Positions 1 through 12,644 of a stretch of DNA of 64,000 nt are shown piece by piece (the first letter of the stretch is position 1; every line of letters starts with the position of its first letter). The translations under genes were made by a program, and so were the position numbers. This stretch comes from Lingula anatina (Eukaryota > Animalia > Brachiopoda): assembly GCA_051362555.1 (NCBI GenBank), contig CM120649.1, positions 17,994,567-18,058,566 of the forward strand. Reading direction: 5' to 3'. The notes beneath the pieces were generated by a model. That model worked only from the letters and a program-made list of their open reading frames with translations. It was not told the DNA's origin and did not search any database.

Positions 1-3000
1 ACCATCACATAACGTGATGTGCGACTTTAATAATAAATAAATAAATGAATGAATAATTGTGGTACACACGTTTAGTGCTGGATTGCTGACTGTGAACTAA
101 CCCTATTTACATCTTTCCCGGTTTTTCTTTCTTTCTTTCTTTCTTTTCTTTTTCTTTGTTAATTCTCTCTCTCTCTCTTTTTTTTTTTTTTTTGTAAAGC
201 GTACAGTGAAAAAAGTTCAACATACGAGATTGCTATTGTCAATTTTGAACAGTCTGGAAAAGTTAATAAATGGAATATGTATAATGTAACTAACCTTGGT
301 CCTCGTTTGAATATCTTCTGTTTTCTGTTCTCCTCAACAGAACTTTGCCTGTTACTCGTCCACACCCAAATGTGAGTTGTATTTATACGACTTTTAGAGG
401 AAATGAAAGAAGGAAAGCTATTGGACATTAGAACGAGATGGTTTCACGTTTTTTTTTTTTTCGCATGACAATTTACACATATTTACGAGTATGTTGCAAC
501 CAAAATAAAATAATAGTTCTGCCCTTAACCTGTTAGGGACACAACACTCAACAGGGGTTGTTTGTCTTTGTTTTGGCCTGAGGGAAACATTTCGGGTAAT
601 ATTTTTCCAGGTTATTATCCAAATTCCAACGTCATTATTATCTAAATTTAAGGACAGAAATAGAAATCCGAACAATGTATTTATTGACTTAGATAACATC
701 ATCTTTGTGATGGCGTGAGGTGAAGATAATTATACATGATTTACGTGTTTGCTCCAGTGAGTTTTTATTTTTATTTGGGTGTGGGTATTCTTTTACTAAG
801 AGAAATTATTGTGTACTTCTATAAACACTGTAATTTCGGACATGCTTCGGGTTTTACAGACTGAGAAATTGCTTGTTTTTGTTCATATTTTAAGTCGCTG
901 GGTCTTTGTGAATTTTGTTTAGAAAAATAAATACTTCCTTTTCCCCATCGATCATAATATGTAAAGTGACATGTTTACATGCTTCTTCTTTTCATAGCTT
1001 TGGATTTTTTCAAATATAATCATTGCTTTCCTTTCAATAATTGCGTAAGGGAAAATTCTGAGTCTTAAGGTAACACAGCTGCCTTGAAAAGGAAATGAAA
1101 GGAAATAAATAAAGTTCGTTTTTGCATGTGCGCGACGATGCGTGTTTACGCATGTTCATCTGTATGTGTTTGCATTTGTTGAGCACGGGTGTATGCGTTT
1201 TTTTTAAATTTAGAAATAATACATATTTGAATGCCATCTTCAAAATAAGGCTCCTGTGCGCATTTTAAATTGGACATTTCTTGGTCTAATTGTCGTTTCA
1301 TTCGTTTTACGCAAATAACACGGCTTCATTTGCCCACGTGGGCACACACTCACTTTTACATACAAACCTAAACTAGTCCATGTCAATGGCAAGCAAGGAT
1401 AATCCAGGGACAGTTTACCTTAAATGACGAAAAGGTGCAGTTAAGTAAAAAACAAGTATATATAGGGTCTTATTTTTTATTATCATAATAATAATAATGC
1501 ATTTCGTAAAACCACGCTACACATGCGTCTCAGCGCCGTTTACATATGTTACATGTTAAACTAAAACTAAACTGAAGAATTCATAACTAATATAAAGGTA
1601 ATGAAAACTAAAACGTGCAAGTTAACCTAGACATGCTTTAAATAAAAAAGGTTTTTAAAATCTTTTAACAAATTGAGTAATATTTGAACCTTCAATATTT
1701 TTTACTCCGACTTGTAGCTACTTGTTGCAAGGAGAGGTCGGGATCCACGTGGAAGAGAGACGGGGGGGGGGGGGGGGGGGGGGGGGTTCTCCGGGGAACT
1801 TTCTTGTTATATTTCTGATCTATAAATCTAGCGTGTACCTGTGCTTCCTTTCACCTCTATTGGAAAAAGTGGGAGAGGTGGGCGCCATTTTAATATGGAA
1901 AAAGACCCCCTCTACGCCCCCCCCCCTCACCCTCATGACATGCTTCACCTATCAAGAATTTTGATTTCATCTGTGAAAAGTCAGGATACAAAATAACTTG
2001 TGTTATTCATTAACTGTGGCTAACTTTTCGATATACAACATTGGTCAAAAAGGTTGTCCCACCCCCATTTCCATGTACTTTTATTTACAAATGATAATCT
2101 CACAGCTGTAAATTGTTGGAAATAGTGCTTTTTATTACAGATACCGTGTCTAACATGATTAATAGTTTTAAAAAATACAAGATAGTGGTGAAAATATACA
2201 TATTTTATGCCATTTAGTAAAATTTATAAGAGGTACCCCCTCAAATCCACTGTTTTACTGTGACTTCTACAGATGTAAAGAAATGTCTATTAAATTGGAA
2301 AGACGCCATCAAATGTCGCCAAATTCACACACAATTAGCATTAGGGTGTGCTCGTTAAAGGTCAAGGGCCTATCAGCGTGTGCGTCTACCGCGTCCTGCA
2401 ATTATCTCCTGTAGACAGCGCGACAAGCCTTCAACAGGGGTAACAATTCTGTTTTGTGGGATATTGTCCCATTCATCCTTAAGAGCATGACGGAATTGGT
2501 CAAGATTATTTGTGAATTGGTTCTCCTCTGCAATATACCCGGTATATATAGTGCATCGCTAAATCTAATTTCAGTAGCTTTGTTGGAACTTGTTTTCATA
2601 ACTGGGTCTCTCATTTTGACGGTTACAATTTTCGGGTATTTCGAAAATCTAAAGAATTCTGTCGATATCATATTATACATATATTAACAAATTGTTTGTG
2701 TGGATTTTGTTTTATACACAGATGTGGTAGTAACATACATGTAGTTTGATTGAATGTGTTCTGAGTAGTATGATTTCCTTACCAGCATTAGGGTATTCCT
2801 ACTCAGCAAGTCAGCTAATTATTCTTTTTGAAGTTAGCATGATGCTATCTCAACATAAGTCAAAATATTTTTACTCAAAGTAATTCTGTAATGTACTTTT
2901 TTCATTAGTGTGGCAAATAAAAAGAGAAATATTTCTGCATGTGGAAACTGACAAGGACTGTCTAAATACCGGTGTAATGTTGTTCTTAAAATCTGTGCTT

Positions 3001-3815
3001 GGTTATTTCATGTAATATAAGTATTATTACCAAATAATTATTACATTAGATCATTATAAAACACTTGTCTTAAATCCTGGGAGTAGTATAGGTGTGATAA
3101 ACCCTCAATAACCTTTTATAATAAGGATCCCTGTACAGAACACAATGGGGTCATAGATGACCCCACTTGGTCATTTCAGTCAGTAAAATACATGTAGCTT
3201 GGTCTCTTGAGGGTTAAGCTATGCCAGCCATTGTGTCAGGTGAGAATCATAACCCTCTATGTCCATTTTTACTGTATTGAGATATTGGGAACTGAAGTTT
3301 ATAACGCCCCCCCCAAAAAAAATATAAATAATAATAATAATAAAATAAAAGAGAGACATAGAGTAAACTTGATTTGTTGATACACTCTGTCATTAATACA
3401 GAAAAGTGAACAGAGACAGAACATTAATATTTTATAATCAACCAGTATAAACCATATGGCTTCAAACGTCCGAGTGGACACATTAATCAGCATTACTTCT
3501 CTTAACGCTGGCGTTTATAGAATGAGAATGTAAATCTTAGGATATAAATATAATGTACGCTAGAAACTTGCATAATTAATGAAAAATAAGGTAGGTGGTG
3601 ACCTGTCTGCATTTGCTTTCGTTTAATATTACAATATCGATATTGTACAATCATTAGTCACTGTACTTGCTGATGGTATTACCATAATACTATTACACAA
3701 GCAATCGGATGGCGAAAAACAACAAGGATCGTTAATATATCACAGTCACGGAAAAGTTCATCTTGTCATGCTTCCTTAACATTGCTCTTTTAACGAATTT
3801 GGACTATTAACGACA

Positions 3816-5282
3816 ATGCAGACTCAATATATTTCGGTGCGTTTGTCAACGATGCATGGAACTCTGACTGTTGTCTTACTGACTGCTTGCATCATAATGA
3901 TGTCTTTACTGATGTCTTCTAATTTTACACTGCGTGAACCAGTGTGTGAGACAGTCCCAAAGAGACAGGCGTACAAGGTACTGAACACCCGCTTCCAAGG
4001 GAAACACCACAGGCAACCCAGCGCGCGCAGGTTTGACGCCCAACTTACCAGCGCAGACATGTTTGAGGACTTGGGTTCTATCCAAATAAACGCTACCGAT
4101 CCCAGATTATTGAAGCTCCTTCGCCAAAAATGGCTACTTGCTCCCTCTAGCCGGCCATACCATTTGGCAAATCCAGAGAAGGTACACGCGTCCCAGATAG
4201 AACAATCACAGGTAGTTGATAGGCTACTGGAGCAAAGAACGAACGGGTTTTTTGTTGAAGCAGGTGCGGCCAATGGCGAGATTTTTTCTAACTCGCTGTT
4301 CTTTGAGAGGTTTAGGAACTGGACGGGACTTCTCGTTGAGGCAGATCCGTGGTCCTTCCATGACATGGCCGGGAAACACAGGTAGCTGGGTTGTTCCCGT
4401 TTTTGGATTCGAAATCAAGATTTTTAAATTAAGTTCATAAAAGAAGAATAATTTTTAATGCTACCAAGTTTATGCCAGAGATTTAAGAATGTCAAAACCT
4501 TGGCAATTGAGTTCGACATTTTCTGCTAACGTTAATTTGCCAGAGATGGCGACTTGACGTATCAAAAAGAGTGCGTGTCTGATTGCATGAGTGCGTGTAA
4601 AAAGACTACAAGTACTGTAGTTTGTGGTTATTGCCGTACTGAGAGAGAAAGAGAGAGAGACTCGGTGTAAAAAATAAAGAAAATGAGAATATGTGTATAG
4701 TTTTAACAATTGAGTCAATTCATAACAAATGTTTAATGGTAAAAGATCCACTTTAAAAAAGACAACCTTTGAAATCACTGGATTCAGCCTACACATCATT
4801 TGGTAAATATAGACATTTATTTTTTTCTTTTTTTTTTCAGGAAATCGTATATAATCAACTCCTGCCTGTCCCTGGGGCCTCACCCAGAGCGCACAGAATT
4901 CACGTTCGCCAGAGAGTTAGGCGGCATAAGTCAGACAGCGTACGTTATTCCAACAAATGAACAAAGCTCGTTGCGTGGCAAAGGCTTGCCGCAGTGTTTC
5001 CCAATACACTCCATCCTGGCCGCGCTGGGCGTGACCCACGTGGACTACTTCTCCCTGGACGTCGAGGGGGCCGAGGTGGAGATTCTGAAGACGTTCCCCT
5101 GGGAGGACATCACCGTGGACGTGTGGTCTATTGAGTACGCTGTTCACGGAGGGGGAGGGGACACCCCCAAGCGTCTGCAAGCAATTAGGGAGATTTTCCA
5201 AATGACTGGGGCGTACGTGGAGGTGGATTTTCCCAAAGGACAGGATGTTTTATTTGCTAGAAAAGAGATACTTGGCAAATGA
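3816..5282 (+). CDS. Star-like FkbM/Methyltransf_21 family type II membrane protein; exons 3816-4381 and 4841-5282
   Basis: N-terminal hydrophobic anchor (TLTVVLLTACIIMMSLL), then FFVEAGAANGE..SNSLFFE...WTGLLVEADP in exon 1 and VDYFSLDVEGAEVEILKT in exon 2, typical FkbM/Star motifs. A GT..AG intron at 4382-4840 with a long poly-pyrimidine tract joins the two ORFs in frame (AG|G = Arg). Confidence 0.9.
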
Positions 5283-5843
5283 GGACCCTGTGTCGCTGAT
5301 GTGACCATGTGCAAAGTTGCACTCAGAAATAACCTTTATCAGTTTATTTAGTGATCAATCTGGCTAAGTACCGTCGACTTAAGTATTTTAAGGGAATGGA
5401 CTCTCTTAAAAAAAAAAAACAGGAAGGAAACAGGGCAGTTCACGTAACAGTTATTTCTGGATGCGTCAGTGTAGTGTAAATCAAAATATAATCAGGGAAA
5501 ACTCTAGCTTGCTCTAGTTCTACTATACAAAAAAAGAAAAAAAAAGTAAAAAAAAACGATTGGAGTCAAAGAAAAAAATAGATCTTTCCTTGATTTACTT
5601 TATTATGCAAAACCTGTGTATGCAAAACCGCTGATTTTTAACAAAAAGGGAGAAGCCAGCACCCACTGAACCAGACGGACAGTGACGTCATCACAGCTGT
5701 CCCATTCACTGCAGCTATATATTGAACGAAATCACATTGTTCTAAGTGGTGACAGCTTCAATTTCAAATATGAGGCAGTTCTATTGTCTTCCTGCGTGTC
5801 AGCAACTTAGCACTCCCATATGCCAGTATGCATAAATGTAAGT

Positions 5844-6019
5844 CAAGGGCGGATTGGGGCCGTCTTCTAGGTCTTCCAGAAGACGGTCAGATTTTTTCAA
5901 GTTTACGTTGACGGGTGTCTAATTTTTTTCTGTCGGAAGACGGTCAGAATGGAGGATGGATCAACAAAGACACTGGGAATTCGGAAGACTGTCAGAAAAT
6001 AGCTCTGGATCCGCCCCTG
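5844..6019. mobile_element. Short non-autonomous TIR element (hAT-like MITE)
   Basis: Ends CAAGGGCGGAT... and ...GGATCCGCCCCTG are imperfect inverted repeats, and there are three internal GAAGACGGTCAG-like subterminal repeats. No clear TSD. Confidence 0.6.
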
Positions 6020-6878
6020 TAAATAATACCGGATAGAAAAAGCAATGAATGGGCTGATGCAGTGAACTATAAATATTGGTTAATGTTTCGTGTTTATTGC
6101 GTGTGTTTGGGAATTTAGCTGCCCGACGATGAAGTGAAGATTGGGGTCCGATTCCTGGAATCGCAAAGTCACGTTTCAGTGCAATAACAACAACAATAAT
6201 AATTAACCTACTTGTACGCCCTATTTAAAGGCTCGTTTCCAATTAAACTATCGTTCTACGTCTATGTAGATCGAATCAACTACACGGAGACTTTTGCTGA
6301 ATGAATCAGATTAACAGATTATTTAAACGCCTCCTCCTGACGTTGAGTAGAATACAAAAAAAAAAAAAAAAAAAAAAAAAGCTGGTGATTATTTACAAAT
6401 ATGTTGGACACAAGAGGATGCGTGGTAATCTCTGAATTTGGTTGTATTCAGCGAGAGTCCCCGTTCAATTCAGCCCAATTCAGCTCTCCAACATTTAAAG
6501 ACGTCCAGGACAGTCTCACCCTGAGAATATTTCAATTCTACTCACACTGTATGCTGTGACAACTGTCGAGTCAAGCTGTTATTATTTACATTATTGTTTG
6601 TCTCAGCACATAAAATATTCACAGCAAAATTAACTGCGCATGCTTAAAAGTTTTTTTTTATTCTAAAAATATCTATTCATTGTTGATATTAGACTGTAAG
6701 ATTTTTATCCTTAAATTATCTCTTCATTTTTTTAATTCGTTTTGATAAACGGTAGATCAAGACGAGTAGGCCTACACGTGGACCATTTTTTTTCTCTAAA
6801 ACATTTGTCATGATGGCTGTCCATTGTGAAAACATGGTGAACCATTTTGGTCATTTCCCGATAAATCGCCTGTACTCA

Positions 6879-6880
<2 letters not shown>

Positions 6881-6932
<52 letters not shown>
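6881..6932. repeat. (TA)n microsatellite
   Basis: Directly visible. Confidence 0.95.
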
Positions 6933-6934
<2 letters not shown>

Positions 6935-7186
6935 GCGTTGTTACATAAGTCTAGTAGTCTTTTTTTGTCTTATACGATGACTGCATAGCAACAAGAAAGA
7001 CAACTGCAAAATTTCCATGCGGTGATCGGTCTTATTGGCGACCAGTGGTCAAAAGGCCCGTTGATATGCATTAGAAATGCATTTTGTCAGATATTAAGAC
7101 TCCCATTACTTGAATCGTGCACTGTCAGAAATACCCACTGGTACCCGTTGATACGTTCGAACAGGCAGCCTCCTAATGTTTATATA

Positions 7187-8848
7187 CAGACTTGACATTT
7201 AATATGGAATATTTTTTTCCCAATCATTTTTCTTCAGTTTTTTCCTATTTTGCCGACTGATAAATGAAAATAAGGATTAAAATCGTGTTTAAATAACTTT
7301 TAATTACCTCTTTGATGTCACTGTGACATCAGTTCATTAATGGGATTCGCCAGAGAAGCAAACAAAAACACATTGCCTATTCTATGTCATACGATAATAA
7401 TTAAAAGAGATATTTTAGATCTCCATATTTTCCAAATTATTTTCTGTAAAAGAGTTACACGCCTCACAAAGAACCCCCATGTCAGTGTCTAGTCACAGTA
7501 ACGGTCGCTGTTACGCTTGACCTATTCTGTCTGCTACCAGCGCTCTCAAGTGGCAAGGCATTACTTGGGTTAGGTTTTTAGAGTTCAATCTGGAATAACA
7601 TTCCAGGCATCGGTCAAAATCTGTCCAATTTGGTCCAGTTTTGTTGTAGAACATGTAGACCATTGATTCGGCGAGTAATGGCCTACCCACATATTGTCTA
7701 TGTGGTTCAAATATGGCGATTTTTATTACCAAGATAGCTGCTCATTCCTTTGGTTCTGTAAGTAATCTGCTATTAAAAGTGCTCTGTGTGTACCGGCAAT
7801 TTCAGCGTGCAACCTAAAATTGTTCCTAAGGTGCCCCCTATCAAATGATAGACAAGTGGTTCCCAGATTATTCCTTTATTTGATCTGGTTCAGGTTTTCG
7901 TGGATGACCATCATTGGTGTTTTGGCACCAATGTGGTATCCACTTCAATTACTGACGCTGTTAGTGGCCTTAGTCACTTTAGACGCGGCACACGCTTAGT
8001 CGTTGGTCTCTTCTGTATGTCTGTAAACTCTGTTTTGACTAGTTGAGCGGTACAGGTGAAATCTGACCTCAACAAAGAAAGTCACGAGGTTTCAGTGTTC
8101 AACTCAGAAACGGTCAAGGTCCCCAATTCATTAGAGAAACGTACAACGATGTTTTGCTGTTTACAGTGGGTTCCCCTGAGGTTTTCTGGTATTCTTACCA
8201 GCTAAAACCAGTTTGGTGTTCGCTAAGGGCCTTTAAAAATGCGTTTTGGTGGCAATTACGCCCTCATTCTGAACGGACTGGGTGGTTTTTGTTTAGTTGC
8301 AACAGCATATCCCGACAGACAGTAAGTCCTGTACCCTGGTGGTAAGATTTCAATACATTGGGTGTGGCCTCTGTGTAGGTACATCAGTCTGGGCATTACT
8401 CTATAAAACTGTGCGGACCGTTTCGTTTGGCGCAATTATCTGTCTGGCAATCTCTTACTTTTTCGCGCCATTCCGCCACAGATTGACAAATTTGCAGTGC
8501 ACTGCATAGCTAATTTTACACACTGCAAAACAGATCACTTGCATGCAAAATTTCAAATTCTTCTATGCAGTAGTTGCCGACATATGGATACTTTTTTGAC
8601 ATAACCATGCTTTGCCAAAGCCAAGCGTTGACCTGCCCAAAGGAGCACTACCCAATTAAATCACTGCATATTACATAATGCAGCAGCGCAACAAACCTGG
8701 TATTCAGTTAATTGGAAGCGATACACCTGACTACACACTTCTCCATTCACATATCTTATATGAGATCGGAGTTTTTTTGAAAAAAGAATGCATTTTTACG
8801 TAGGCATACCTTCGAAACTGAAATATTCCATATTAAATGTCAAGTCTG
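7187..8848 (-). mobile_element. Decayed Tc1/mariner DNA transposon (~1.66 kb)
   Basis: Perfect ~28-bp TIRs (CAGACTTGACATTTAATATGGAATATTT at 7187 and its reverse complement ending at 8848), flanked by TA on both sides. The minus strand carries broken transposase-like remnants: HTH-like 'VNLWRNGAKK*EIARQII..ETVRTVL' at ~8400-8490 and a degraded WPxxSPDLNPIE-like segment at ~7860-7915. Confidence 0.85.
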
Positions 8849-9293
8849 TATTTATATTGTTTTGATTTATACGACCACTGCACTGAGCAATATATGTTCA
8901 ACGAATATAAAGTCAAAACGATGAATGACACGCATTAATTAAATATCAATAAGGAAGTGGGTAGCAGCTGCAAACTCTGCTGACACACGCCATGATACCA
9001 AATGTATAATGCATATATGTTTATTAGATGATTTATAAATGTGAAATCTGTATAATCTGCTGTTGAGTGCTGATACCTGCATTTTAGTTTCTACAATATA
9101 TTTACCACTACATTGTCATACAACTGTGATCCAGTCGTCAATAATATTGCACGTTGTACTCAGTAAATATTGAAACTATTAGTTTCATAATATTACGAAG
9201 TCCACTTTTTAGCTATCCCAGTTTAGCAGTCTAGCTAGATCGTTCAGACTTCGCCAATAATTACAACGCATAACCCGGGAACATCAACGTACG

Positions 9294-9378
<85 letters not shown>
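9294..9378. repeat. (AAT)n microsatellite
   Basis: Directly visible. Confidence 0.95.
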
Positions 9379-9380
<2 letters not shown>

Positions 9381-10034
9381 TCAAAAGAAAAAATTGAGAA
9401 ATTTAATGAAAAGAAATAAAAAGATTTAAAAAAATGATATTTTCATAAAACAGTGTCATACAACACAATATATCAATCTCGGCCCCCACGCACTACACGA
9501 AGCTTGGTCACACTGACTGGTAACCTAATATTCCTGCCTTCACATAAATATGCAATTCATTTTCCCATTTGTAATCAAAATAACGCCTGACGGTACATAC
9601 AGGTATAAACACAATTTTGGGAGTCCCCTTTTCAATAGAGCTGGACTTATAAGAACAAAATCTAACATACAGTGCCAATGCTTTCGTGGAAAAGATATCG
9701 GCTTTCGTATAAAGATGATAAAAGGAGGTGTCGTTTCAATTAAGGCAGAACATAGTGTTTTGTACCTATAAAAAAATAGATACGTGATCAACGCGTGCTT
9801 CAGTCGTTTGTCAAAGGTGATATTCTGCGGATGTGTTTAGTGTGTTAGATGAGAAAATTTATTTTGACTCTTTCATATTGGAGGTTGGAAATAAAAGCAC
9901 ACATGGCCGCAACGAGTTTATCTCGTCTGTGAAAACCCCTTGGTTATTGTGAATTTCTTATCGTAGATCAATGCTTCACACTACGGTTGATTTTTAACAA
10001 TTTTTGGATTAAGCGCTGCTTTAAGGTAAGAAGG

Positions 10035-10040
<6 letters not shown>

Positions 10041-10087
<47 letters not shown>
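10041..10087. repeat. (CT)n microsatellite
   Basis: Directly visible. Confidence 0.95.
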
Positions 10088-10090
<3 letters not shown>

Positions 10091-10947
10091 ACTTCATATC
10101 CTCGCTCTTCTGTTTCATATATTACCCTTTCTACTCTGCTAGGTATATCAGAAAAATTTTCAAACTGATCAGAAAATTAAAATACTTATATCATCTGAAA
10201 GTTAATGCAAAAAACCGGATGAAATCATTTGGAATTTTTTAAATATTCCTACAAGCAACAAAGATATTGAAGTTTTTTAACTGCAAAAATCCACCAAAAG
10301 TGTCCACACTTCTCAGCTCAAAACCTGTGCCCACTGACCAGCAGTGATCACTCAGGCGCAGCAGAGCACCCTGTGTGTCTTTGTGTGCTCAGCCTATTGT
10401 CTGGCTCACATAGCCTGTGACTAATCAGGGCAAAGCTATTTCCCTGTGATAATTTTCACATCATGTAATATTGCGGGTTAAATTAACTATACTTCGCAAC
10501 CTTCAAATTTCATGATTTTTCTACATAATATAGCAAATTTCATAAACTTTGCTGGATATAAATTTCAAAAAGATGATACCAGCACTTGCCTGAAATTTTT
10601 TAGCATTTTGTAGAGGCAAAACTTAAAACAAGCAGAACCGAAACTTGTCAAAGACAGAAAACATGGGAAAATCACGTGACCGGATTTTACTCTTTGATTT
10701 ACAACTTTTTTAGTTAATGGCTTGTATTAGTTTTTTTACGCGGCGCTAAAAGAGAGATTTAAAAAAGGGGTTCCATAGGCGAACTGTCAGCAGGCCGACT
10801 TCAGTTTTACACTTCACTGCCCGTGGATAGTTACGACTGTAGCGCCCCTAGCGGATTGTGATCTACCTAACTCTGCGGTTAGTATTCTACACACATTTAT
10901 AAAACCAGCTGCTCTTGTTTATTGCAGCTTCGTCTAAGAAAGCAGAC

Positions 10948-12524
10948 ATGGACCCAAACCTTATTCAGAGGGTGGTGGATTACCACGGTAATGAGCTACT
11001 TGACCTGTTGGAATCTGATCAGACGCTCAGCAGCTTTCCTGTTCCCTCTGCCATAGAATACAGGCCACCAGAGGGCGATCCCAAGTATGTACAGGACTGT
11101 ATTATAGTCAAACTTTTTTAAAATGGGTTGGGGTGTCTGAAGTTTGATTCATGTGGACCTGTTCCCATCCAAAAGGGGGAATTTATTTTGAATCACATTA
11201 ATCCTCTTGCCTATGGGCTTACACTCACTAAATTACCAGAGGTGTTTAGAATGAACGTGGTACTTGCGGTAATGGGATCTTTTCATGTACCCTAAGAGAC
11301 CTTGGGAGTAATAGCTACACACATTATGATAAAATGAACTTTGATTTTAGCTTTTAATCAGTGTCATTTGGCAGACCTCAATGGAAAAAATAATTGTATA
11401 ATTATACTTGCAGCTGGATGGTAATATAGCTAAGTTGATTAATACTGTTTCAGTGATGAAGAATTCAGGCGCAAGCTGAACCATTTTTTGTCCCGTAAAT
11501 CAGACCTTCTGTACGCGCCGTCTCTTCCCCCAGTGGTGGAGATAGTTAAGAATGAAAAGGCAGTGGAAGGTAAGTAGTTTTAATGAAGTCAAAGTTATTC
11601 TGATGGAGGTTTATCTATACTAAGCATACTGTAGCTGTGCAGTATTGTTGAGCATTCATGGTAAATAGTTTTAAACTAAACTATTAAATGTGACCAATGT
11701 AGTCCCATGAGTTGAAATTAAAGCTTGCGCAGTGATATGTTATATATCAAAAAAATTGTCTAGAAGTTGGTAAGTTTAAAATTGTTCAACATGAAGTTGA
11801 AGGTATTTTTTTTAAATATATGCAATATCCCAATTGGTAAGTTTAAAATTGTTTAACATGAAGTTGAAGGTATGTTTTCTATATTTCTATGCAATATCCC
11901 ATCAAAAAGCAAATACAGATTAAAGGTGTTAATTTACTGATGAAAGTCAATAGGAGAATGGTGTGTCTGTGTTGTTCATAACTTATATGAATCATTGTTT
12001 TTTAGATTACTATGCAGTGATGCCCCCTCTGGAAGCCTTCATGGGAGTCTCACCCAGCCAGTGCAGGAAACACTTTTATCAGGTGAGCTCTCCCAGAAAT
12101 AATTGTTTTCATTTTGGATCTGTAATAATATTAACAGAGGCCAATTATTTGCAGTAAGGTCCTTAAGACTCGATCATGGAAGAAATGGTTTGATTTTAGA
12201 GATTTCTATCTTTGTCATATGGTTTTCTGGTGATGTCATTTGTCTGTTTGTGTTCCAATTTAGTTTTGGTGTGAAGAATTTGATGTATAATGTAATCTGA
12301 TGAAGTCAGCTGGTTTATTTCTTGTCTGATTTAGTTCTGATGTGAACATGCCCAGCTATGGTTTTACTTTCAGTGCGCCCAGAAGAATGACATTTTTGTT
12401 GGCGTGGTGACAGCAGTACAGGAGAGTGGTCTGATTATTACTCTGCTGGCTTTAGACTATGGAAAGGCTCGGGACATAGACCAACTAAGAATAACTGTAA
12501 GATCTTCTGTCTGTCTGTGTGTGT

Positions 12525-12556
<32 letters not shown>

Positions 12557-12561
12557 ATAAT

Positions 12562-12644
<83 letters not shown>

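Noticed and set aside
2402-2687. Overlapping 92-aa and 77-aa ORFs
   Set aside because: No recognisable domain or splice context; likely chance or decayed repeat sequence.
3824-4366. 180-aa minus-strand ORF, and similarly the antisense ORFs at 57433-57885 and 32002-32415
   Set aside because: Shadow ORFs opposite real coding exons, with no motifs of their own.
10022-10740. TTAA-GG-starting block resembling a Kolobok/piggyBac-type non-autonomous element, and a similar repeat-like block at 29820-30470
   Set aside because: A matching second terminus was not found, so these were left unclassified.
12225-12345. TGATG.../CTGA words suggesting an intronic C/D snoRNA in TTC14
   Set aside because: No clean RTGATGA box C with a terminal stem and a recognisable guide; not supportable by eye.
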